The translations under genes were made by a program, and so were the position numbers. The notes below the pieces were generated by a model that was not told where the DNA came from, searched no databases, and worked only from the letters and a program-made list of their open reading frames with translations. A stretch of 64,000 nt of DNA from Patescibacteria group bacterium (GTDB lineage Bacteria; Patescibacteriota; Patescibacteriia; Patescibacteriales; UBA12465). The first letter of the stretch is position 1; each line of letters begins with the position of its first letter. The stretch is taken from positions 527,890-591,889 of the forward strand of contig JBMNFW010000001.1 in assembly GCA_050949525.1 (NCBI GenBank). Direction: 5' to 3'. Shown piece after piece: positions 36,874-43,630 of this stretch.

Positions 36874-37798
36874 TAGATTAATCTTAATTTTTGTCCTGAT
36901 TTTAATATTGGTAATAGTAATAAAAAATATTAACCGAACAGAAATCGAAGATAAAAAAATCAACGCTTCTTTAATGTTAATTGAATTTGAAAGAATTGAG
37001 GGTATTTTACAATGGGAAAAAGAATTAGATAATCGCAACCTTAACGCCTTAGTTAAAGTTCAAGACAATATTTTAGAAGAATATCCAGAAGTTTTCAAAA
37101 GATTAGCCGATAAAGGTTATGAAATAGCTGGAGGCTATGATAAAGCTCCTTTTTGGGATATGAGTTATGAAGAGCAATATCAACACCTCAAAGCTTCACA
37201 AGATTTAGTAGAAAGTATCACTGGTAAAAAAATGCGAGTTTTTGGTAGCCGCTATTTCGCCTATGACGAAACCACTTTAAAGGCTGCTAGCGACCTTGGA
37301 ATTGAATACCTCTTAGGTCGTGGAGTAAATGATGTAGAAGCTACGATCTATCAACCAGAAGAATATAATACTAAAATTATTTCCGTAACTAATGTGGATG
37401 TCGGAGAACCAATGGGACGAGGATCTCTATGTGATTACAGTCTTTGGGCTCGAGGAGCTGATGCTAAAGAGTTTGGTAAAATACTAGATGAAAGTATAGC
37501 TAAAAATCCAGACCACATGATTTTAGTTTCACATTCCTATTTAGGAGGAACTAGATTAGAATGGTGGAACGAATATGAAAAAGCTTTAAATTCTGAAAAA
37601 ATTTCTTGGAAAACCTTTGATCAATGGTTAGAGGATCAAGAAATAGTTATCTTGCCTAATGCTGAAATTCCAGTTAATAATGAAGTAAATTACACCAACC
37701 CTAATCCTGATAAAGCTATGGAAGATTATGATCCTATTCCCGGAATTGAAAATTGCTTAGATTCTGGTTTATCCGGTGATGAAATAATGTGTCTCTAG
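36863..37798 (+). CDS. Membrane-anchored protein, weakly polysaccharide-deacetylase (NodB)-like
   Basis: Start set to ATG 36863 (MKNNRLILIFVLILILVIV), an 11-nt overlap with the DUF134 gene. FGSRYFAYDETTLKAASDLGIEY and ILVSHS resemble NodB blocks, but the metal-binding D/H motifs are not obvious. Confidence 0.45.
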   Translation: MKNNRLILIFVLILILVIVIKNINRTEIEDKKINASLMLIEFERIEGILQWEKELDNRNLNALVKVQDNILEEYPEVFKRLADKGYEIAGGYDKAPFWDMSYEEQYQHLKASQDLVESITGKKMRVFGSRYFAYDETTLKAASDLGIEYLLGRGVNDVEATIYQPEEYNTKIISVTNVDVGEPMGRGSLCDYSLWARGADAKEFGKILDESIAKNPDHMILVSHSYLGGTRLEWWNEYEKALNSEKISWKTFDQWLEDQEIVILPNAEIPVNNEVNYTNPNPDKAMEDYDPIPGIENCLDSGLSGDEIMCL

Positions 37799-37820
37799 AA
37801 AATAAATAAATATAATAAAA

Positions 37821-37849
37821 AACAACACTAGACATTAGTGTTGTTTTTT
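37821..37849 (+). terminator. Rho-independent terminator
   Basis: Perfect 10-bp stem aacaacacta / tagtgttgtt with loop gacat, then TTTT. Confidence 0.75.
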
Positions 37850-37850
37850 G

Positions 37851-37933
37851 TGGGCCGAGCAAGATTCGAACTTGCGAAGGCTAACGCCAGCAGATTTACA
37901 GTCTGCCCCAGTTGACCGCTTTGGTATCGACCC
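37851..37933 (-). tRNA. trnY: tRNA-Tyr (anticodon GTA), long variable arm
   Basis: Acceptor GGGUCGA/UCGGCCC, anticodon stem GCAGA/UCUGC, loop CUGUAAA, T-arm GCAAG-UUCGAAU-CUUGC. CCA not encoded. Track ORF 37828..38052 is spurious. Confidence 0.85.
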
Positions 37934-37973
37934 TCATATTCACTTAAGTATTTTACAAGAAAAAAAATTAATG

Positions 37974-38426
37974 TCAAACACCTAAAGAAGAAAAAAGAAA
38001 CTTTATTAAGGCATAAGAAAAGAAAACTATAAAAATACCAACCGTCGCCCAAATAACAATGTTTTTCCCTTTAGTAATATTTTGCTCATTTCCAGCAGCC
38101 GTCATCCAAGTAAAGCCACCATAAACAAACATTAATAAAGATAAAGATCCAACTATTCCTAAAACAGCTGATATTACTCTACCAATTATTAAAGGTATAT
38201 CATCACTCCCAATAGGATTATCTAAACTTACTATAGTTAAATTATCGGATGGAGGAGTATTCTGTCCCTCACCCCCACCGGAACCAGTATTCTGTCCCTC
38301 ACCCCCACCGGAACCAGTATTAGAAGTATTATTAGCTAAAACAACATTAAAAAAAGACAAAGAAAAAACTAAAACTAAACTTAAAGCCAGAAATTTATAA
38401 ACATTATTTTTTTTACTCTTAAACAT
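37974..38426 (-). CDS. T4SS-pilin-like (TrbC/VirB2-type, PF18895-like) small membrane protein
   Basis: 150 aa. Signal peptide, Gly-rich tandem repeat, then IIGRVISAVLGIVGSLSLLMFVYGGFTWMTAAGNEQNITKGKNIVIWATVGIFIVF, the two-helix pilin core. Confidence 0.6.
   Translation of the reverse strand: MFKSKKNNVYKFLALSLVLVFSLSFFNVVLANNTSNTGSGGGEGQNTGSGGGEGQNTPPSDNLTIVSLDNPIGSDDIPLIIGRVISAVLGIVGSLSLLMFVYGGFTWMTAAGNEQNITKGKNIVIWATVGIFIVFFSYALIKFLFSSLGV
38257..38320. repeat. Perfect 30-bp in-frame tandem repeat (2.1 copies) inside the pilin-like gene
   Basis: gtattctgtccctcacccccaccggaacca occurs twice, plus gtat. Encodes TGSGGGEGQN twice. Confidence 0.9.
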
Positions 38427-38437
38427 AAAATTATTAA

Positions 38438-38785
38438 TTAAACACCTATAGAAACAAAAATATATTTAACAACAGCATAGGAAAAGAAAATAAAAGCTAA
38501 TCCTAAAGCTGACCAAATTAAAACACTTTTTCCCTTTTGAACATTCCTATCATTACCTGCGGCAGTCATCCAAACAATACCTCCATAAACAAATAAAACT
38601 AAAGCGATGGATCCAATAACACCAAAAAGAGAACTAATAACCCTACCAATCACCACTGGAGCGCTAGTTCCTAGAGGGCTAATCATACCATCATCAGTAA
38701 CCGGATTAGCTAAGGTTAAGAAAGGCCAAATCAAACTAGCGGACACTAAAAAAAATATAAATTTGCTCTTTAATTTTTTAAACAT
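38438..38785 (-). CDS. T4SS-pilin-like (TrbC/VirB2-type) small membrane protein, paralog
   Basis: 115 aa. VIGRVISSLFGVIGSIALVLFVYGGIVWMTAAGNDRNVQKGKSVLIWSALGLAFIFF. Confidence 0.6.
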   Translation of the reverse strand: MFKKLKSKFIFFLVSASLIWPFLTLANPVTDDGMISPLGTSAPVVIGRVISSLFGVIGSIALVLFVYGGIVWMTAAGNDRNVQKGKSVLIWSALGLAFIFFSYAVVKYIFVSIGV

Positions 38786-38844
38786 AAAATGCTTTAATAA
38801 AAAATTACTATCCTAATTTTATCATCATTCCTTCAAAAAAGCAA

Positions 38845-38871
38845 ATAAAAAAAGGAGTACTAGACTCCTTT
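38845..38871 (-). terminator. Rho-independent terminator after 38880..39548
   Basis: Stem aaaggagt / actccttt followed by a T-run on the minus strand. Confidence 0.65.
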
Positions 38872-38879
38872 TCCCCGAC

Positions 38880-39548
38880 TTAGATTCTTCTAAGTCGGAA
38901 TATTATTCTTTGTCCGTCTTCAGTAGCTCTGAAGCGGATCTTTATATCTCCCTGAGGATCCGGAAACTGTTCCATAGTTCCGTTTCCTAGGACAAATTCT
39001 TGTCCATTACTATAAAACATATGGTATTGCCCTTTATTAGCAAATACCTTGAATTTATAGCCCACCAGAAAATCTACCCAAGGACTCATCTCTCCTTCAT
39101 TAAGAAGAAAGACATGTTCCTCAATTTCGTCTACTACTATTTCTGGCTTTACAGGAGCTGCTGAAGATGCTCTATCATCTATTCCATAATGCCATATTAA
39201 TATGGCAAAGAATAGAGTAATTAAAGTATAGGGAACGGCCTTAGAAACATTTGTTTCTTTGGGGTTGATGATGTTCCCCACCTTTAATATTAAAGCTGCC
39301 ATTACTAAACTAGTAACGGCTTTAATCCAGAAATCTAATTCTGGATATTTTGAAAAATGGAAGAATGATAATAGTAGTAAAAAGATTACTACTATCACTC
39401 CCCCGATTAGGAAAGATAAGAGAAAACCAACAATATTATCCCCCATCCCTCCTTCTTTCAAGATTTTTTTCTTTTCAACATTTTCTTTTTCTTTTTTACT
39501 ACTATTTTCAATTCTTGCAACCATTTTTTTAAATTTTTTATTCAACAT
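38880..39548 (-). CDS. Membrane protein with C-terminal beta-rich soluble domain (possible NfeD-like partner of the SPFH protein)
   Basis: 222 aa. Three or four TM helices, then a ~90-aa beta-rich C-terminus. The ATG overlaps the SPFH stop by 11 nt (translational coupling). NfeD assignment rests on architecture and context only. Confidence 0.45.
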   Translation of the reverse strand: MLNKKFKKMVARIENSSKKEKENVEKKKILKEGGMGDNIVGFLLSFLIGGVIVVIFLLLLSFFHFSKYPELDFWIKAVTSLVMAALILKVGNIINPKETNVSKAVPYTLITLFFAILIWHYGIDDRASSAAPVKPEIVVDEIEEHVFLLNEGEMSPWVDFLVGYKFKVFANKGQYHMFYSNGQEFVLGNGTMEQFPDPQGDIKIRFRATEDGQRIIFRLRRI

Positions 39549-40527
39549 TTAAATTTTTTAGAGCGGCTAACATACCGCCAACCGACTTACCATTATCAAT
39601 GATAAAGGTTTTATCGGTACTACTGAGACTTTGCCATTTTTTAGTCTCAGCTAAGTAAGCTAAAATAGTGTCAGGTGAACAACCAGCCTTAGCTAATAGT
39701 TCAACTTGTTTTCTTAGCCCACCACCCGTTAATTCCAAAGTTTTGGCCTCAGCCTTGGCAAGGATTTTCATTTCCTCAGCCTTGTCTAAGGCTATTTCTT
39801 TGTTAATTTTCGCCTCATGTCTTTGTCGATTGAGAACTATCTCCTCTTCCGACAATTCAACATCAGAAATATTAATGGCCATAATCTCTACGCCATAAAC
39901 ATTTCTAATTGAAGCAAATAATGAAGGATTTTCAACCTCAATATCGGTCAAACTTAATCCACCTTCTCGAGCCTCTCTAGCGTTTTTCTTTCCCAGAGAA
40001 GTCCTAGTTAAAGAGGAAATAATTCCTCTAATGATCTTATCCGCCTCACCCTCGAAAGCATACTTTCCAACTTCGACTACTCGATAGTTGAAAACTGCTT
40101 CAACTCCGGCCGAGATTCCCTCATGGAAATCTACTTTATTGCCGTCATCAAAGATGTTATTCTCCACTGTTCCTAGGAAAATAGTTTCCTTAAGAACGTT
40201 GAAGCGGAAAAATGGGAAAATGAAATAATAACCCGGCTCTAAATAGCCGTGATATTTTCCATTTTCCAAAACTATCGCTACATGATTCTGTGGCACAGCT
40301 GTATAGCCGCGACCACCAATGTCAGTAGCACCGCTATTACGGAGAAATCGAAATCCTTCGATTAATCCAATAGTAGCTAATAACAAACCGGCTATTAAGC
40401 TGATAAGGATTGATAAACCAATACCTACCCCTAATAAAGCTAGGGCTAGGCCAAGAAAGATAGTGATTAAAATCACTATCACGAAAAAGTAGGGCCATTG
40501 GCTCCCAATGAATTTTATATCTCTCAT
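39538..40527 (-). CDS. SPFH/band-7 (stomatin/prohibitin-like) domain protein
   Basis: 329 aa. Two N-terminal TM helices, an SPFH core (VPQNHVAIVLENGKYHGYLEPGYYFIFPF...) and a coiled-coil AEAK-rich tail. Confidence 0.75.
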   Translation of the reverse strand: MRDIKFIGSQWPYFFVIVILITIFLGLALALLGVGIGLSILISLIAGLLLATIGLIEGFRFLRNSGATDIGGRGYTAVPQNHVAIVLENGKYHGYLEPGYYFIFPFFRFNVLKETIFLGTVENNIFDDGNKVDFHEGISAGVEAVFNYRVVEVGKYAFEGEADKIIRGIISSLTRTSLGKKNAREAREGGLSLTDIEVENPSLFASIRNVYGVEIMAINISDVELSEEEIVLNRQRHEAKINKEIALDKAEEMKILAKAEAKTLELTGGGLRKQVELLAKAGCSPDTILAYLAETKKWQSLSSTDKTFIIDNGKSVGGMLAALKNLNVE

Positions 40528-40580
40528 AATATTAAATTTTTAAAGTTCTAAGTCAGTCCGAGTAACCAACTATTCAAATC

Positions 40581-40609
40581 ATTATACCATATTTACCGCC
40601 AAAAGTCAA
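40581..40609 (-). promoter_or_regulatory. Consensus sigma-70 promoter (extended -10) of the SPFH operon
   Basis: Minus strand reads TTGACT, 17 nt, then TGgTATAAT. The -10 is at 40586-40581 and the -35 at 40609-40604, ~50 nt upstream of ATG 40527. Confidence 0.75.
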
Positions 40610-40610
40610 G

Positions 40611-40633
40611 AAAAAAGCTACCTAATGGTAGCT
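40611..40633 (-). terminator. Rho-independent terminator after the HNH gene
   Basis: Stem agctacc / ggtagct followed by TTTTTT on the minus strand, 5 nt after the stop. Confidence 0.7.
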
Positions 40634-40638
40634 ACACT

Positions 40639-40914
40639 TTACTTCAAAAGTTTATCACGATTAAATGAATAATCATCAATAAAGCTTTTTTGATTTCCCC
40701 AGAAATAAGTTTCTAGGAAAATCAGGATTTCTTGTGGAGTCATGTTTTGGAACAAATCATGATATTTATCATGATATGACTCCATAATTAGTATTAAGTT
40801 GTCTGGCTCATCACTTCCACCACGACTCCGTGGTATAATATGATGAGTTGTAAGCGCCTGATTTTTACGGCGCTTTTCTCTTTTATTACTATTTCTTTCG
40901 CGACTGTGATTCAT
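40639..40914 (-). CDS. Small HNH endonuclease
   Basis: 91 aa from ATG 40914. THHIIPRSRGGSDEPDNLILIMESYHDKYH is an HNH motif (H-N-H). The upstream part of track ORF 40639..40977 is really tRNA-Thr. Confidence 0.7.
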   Translation of the reverse strand: MNHSRERNSNKREKRRKNQALTTHHIIPRSRGGSDEPDNLILIMESYHDKYHDLFQNMTPQEILIFLETYFWGNQKSFIDDYSFNRDKLLK

Positions 40915-40916
40915 CT

Positions 40917-40992
40917 TGGAGCCGTCTTCGGGGCTTGAACCCGAGACCTTTTCCTTACCATGGAAACGCTCTACCAACTGAGCTAAGACGGC
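40917..40992 (-). tRNA. trnT: tRNA-Thr (anticodon GGT), CCA encoded
   Basis: Acceptor GCCGUCU/AGACGGC, anticodon stem UUUCC/GGAAA, loop AUGGUAA, T-arm UCGGG-UUCAAGC-CCCGA, 3' UCCA. Confidence 0.9.
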
Positions 40993-41000
40993 TAAATATA

Positions 41001-41795
41001 TTAAAGGGCTTCAATCTGCTTTTTCCAATCCGAAATATTATTATTATCCGGATTAACTTCTATAATTCTATCCAATATCCTACCAGCCTCTAATTTATCT
41101 TTTTTCATTATACACAAATTTAACATTAAATCAAGATAACGAGGATTTTTAGCATCTAAACTTAATGATTCTTCTAAATGAAGCTTGGCCTGATCAAGAT
41201 CTCCTAAAGACTGATTGATTAAACATAAAGAATGATTAATATTAGCCACCTCATTATTAGATCGAGGTTCTGGTTCAGTTTTAGCTAATTTTAAAGTGTA
41301 TAATAATGTTTGCTTAGCTTCTTGATACTTATCTTGACTATGATAAACCTCACCTAAATCCCAAAAAGCTAAAAAATTCTTATCATCTAATTTAATAACT
41401 TCAATCAATTTTTTTTCTGCCTCATCCCAAGATTCTTGTTTAGCTAAAACTTTAGCTTGATTTAATAATATTTTAATTCGATCCTCTAAATTAATATCCT
41501 CTAAACTTAACTCCTCTTTCTTATGCCGTCGCTCAGCTTTTAAATCTTTAAGTTTTTTTTCCCAAACTTGAAAGATTCGAGAAAAAAAATCATTAATTTT
41601 CTTAAAAATTTTATCAAAAAATTTAAACTTTCTCTTAATTCTTTCTTGAATTATTTTTTCTTTAGTTTGTCGCTCCTTTTCCTCTGGAATATTATCCACA
41701 TCTAAAACAGCTAAAGCCGGAAAATGACGAAGAGTAATAATTATCGCTACTATCAAGGCTAGAGAAATAATAATTAAAGGCCAAATATCGTACAT
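41001..41795 (-). CDS. TPR repeat protein with N-terminal membrane anchor
   Basis: 264 aa. TM IWPLIIISLALIVAIIITL, then three or four TPR-like units (W.LGEVY...KYQEA, LG.LDQA). Confidence 0.65.
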   Translation of the reverse strand: MYDIWPLIIISLALIVAIIITLRHFPALAVLDVDNIPEEKERQTKEKIIQERIKRKFKFFDKIFKKINDFFSRIFQVWEKKLKDLKAERRHKKEELSLEDINLEDRIKILLNQAKVLAKQESWDEAEKKLIEVIKLDDKNFLAFWDLGEVYHSQDKYQEAKQTLLYTLKLAKTEPEPRSNNEVANINHSLCLINQSLGDLDQAKLHLEESLSLDAKNPRYLDLMLNLCIMKKDKLEAGRILDRIIEVNPDNNNISDWKKQIEAL

Positions 41796-41798
41796 AAA

Positions 41799-42542
41799 TT
41801 AAAAATTCTTAATTATATTAACAAAATCCAAAGGCTTTAAACTAGCTCCACCAATTAAAAAACCATCTAAATCTGTTAGATTTTTAAAATCAAGATAATT
41901 ATTTAAATTAACACTACCACCATAAACAATTTTAAAGCGCCAGGATTTAGCCTGCAAAACCTTTTTAATAGCCTGAAAAGCCTCAACCGCTTCTAAGGGT
42001 TTAACTGTTAATCCACTACCAATCGCCCAAACTGGTTCATAGGCAATAATAATTCTAGCTGAATCAATTTTATCTAATTTTGAAAAAGCAGTCTGAAGTT
42101 GCTGTTTAATAATTTTAATTGTTTCCCCCTTTTTCCTTTGTTCCCAAGTTTCGCCAATAGCTAAAATTGGAACAATATTACTATTCTCTAAAACATTCTT
42201 TAATTTATCAGCCACTAAACTATCATCAGAAAAATATTGACGTCTCTCACTATGACCAATTAAAACAAATTGAGCCTTGACTTGCTTTAAAGATTCTAAA
42301 GGAACCTCTCCGGTATAGGCTCCGAGAGGAAAAGGGGCCACATCCTGAGCACCATAATAAATCCGAGAATCTAAATTTTTAATCACCTCCGGTAACGCTA
42401 AAAAATCAGGTAACACTACAACTTGATGTTGCGTTTTAATCTTAACTAAAGAACGAGATAAACTCCGGCTCAAAGCCAAAGCAGATTTCAAATCTAAGTT
42501 CATCTTCCAATTAGCAATAATAATTTTTTTATTCTTTGACAT
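41799..42542 (-). CDS. tpiA: Triose-phosphate isomerase
   Basis: 247 aa. IIANWKMN, IGHSERR, AYEPVWAIGSG and GGASL motifs. Confidence 0.92.
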   Translation of the reverse strand: MSKNKKIIIANWKMNLDLKSALALSRSLSRSLVKIKTQHQVVVLPDFLALPEVIKNLDSRIYYGAQDVAPFPLGAYTGEVPLESLKQVKAQFVLIGHSERRQYFSDDSLVADKLKNVLENSNIVPILAIGETWEQRKKGETIKIIKQQLQTAFSKLDKIDSARIIIAYEPVWAIGSGLTVKPLEAVEAFQAIKKVLQAKSWRFKIVYGGSVNLNNYLDFKNLTDLDGFLIGGASLKPLDFVNIIKNF

Positions 42543-42544
42543 AA

Positions 42545-43474
42545 TTAATTTAAATTATCTTTTGACCAAGCGATAGTTCTTTTAATGCCATCTGATAATT
42601 CAACTTGAGCTTGCCAATCTAAAACTTTTTTAGCTAGATCAGTCTTTAAACAACTACGACGTTCTTCACCTAATTTAGCTGGTTGAAACTCAATATCAAT
42701 TTTATGACCTAAGGCCTCTTCAATAGCTGAAACAATTTCTAATAGACTGGACTCTTTACCAGTACCAATATTAAAAGTTCCGACTGTTTCATCATCCATC
42801 TTAGATACTAAAGCTCTAACTACGTCATCAACATAAATAAAATCTCGGGTTTGTAAACCATCACCATAAATATAGCTAGTTTTTCCTTCCACCGCATTAT
42901 TAATGAAAATAGCAATCACTCCCGCCTCACCACCTTTATACTGTCGTGGACCATATACATTAGCTAATCGAGCATTCAAATATTTTTGTCCAAAAACTCG
43001 ATGATAATAATTTAAATATTTTTCAAAAACCAATTTATTAATCCCATAAGGTGAAACTGGATTAGTCGCATAATTTTCAGGAGTTGGAATTTCTTCTGGA
43101 AAACCATAAATCGCTCCACCAGAAGAAGTAAAAATTATTTTCTTAACCCCATGACGATGTGAACTTTCTAAAACATTTAAAGCCCCTAAAACATTAATCC
43201 TATTATCTAATTCCATATCTTCAACTGATTTTCTAACATCAATCTGAGCTGCTAAATGAAAAACATAATCAAATTTTTCTCGAGCAAACACTTCCTCCAA
43301 TTCTGGAGCCTGACAGATATCAATCTGATAAAAAACAGCTTGATCATTTACATAATCTTTTTTTCCACTAAAAAGATTATCCACTACCACCACTTGATGC
43401 CCTAATTCGATTAATTTATCCACTAAATTGGAACCAATAAATCCAGCACCACCACTCACTAATATTTTGGCCAT
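42545..43474 (-). CDS. NAD-dependent epimerase/dehydratase (UDP-glucose 4-epimerase-like)
   Basis: 309 aa. ILVSGGAGFIGSNLV Rossmann motif, SSGGAIYG and YGINK (Y...K). Confidence 0.8.
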   Translation of the reverse strand: MAKILVSGGAGFIGSNLVDKLIELGHQVVVVDNLFSGKKDYVNDQAVFYQIDICQAPELEEVFAREKFDYVFHLAAQIDVRKSVEDMELDNRINVLGALNVLESSHRHGVKKIIFTSSGGAIYGFPEEIPTPENYATNPVSPYGINKLVFEKYLNYYHRVFGQKYLNARLANVYGPRQYKGGEAGVIAIFINNAVEGKTSYIYGDGLQTRDFIYVDDVVRALVSKMDDETVGTFNIGTGKESSLLEIVSAIEEALGHKIDIEFQPAKLGEERRSCLKTDLAKKVLDWQAQVELSDGIKRTIAWSKDNLN

Positions 43475-43547
43475 ATGATATAAAATTAAATGTAAATTAT
43501 AGCTAGATTATACTATACTTAAAGTTTTTCGTAAACCTTTAGAACCT

Positions 43548-43576
43548 TTGACCAGCTAGGTTTCTTTTGATATAAT
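43548..43576 (+). promoter_or_regulatory. Consensus sigma-70 promoter (extended -10) upstream of gyrB
   Basis: TTGACC (43548-53), 17-nt spacer ending in TGa, TATAAT (43571-76). Confidence 0.75.
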
Positions 43577-43630
43577 AAGACTAGATAGAAAATCTTAGCT
43601 ATCCTTTTTTATTTAAAATAATAATGAAAT

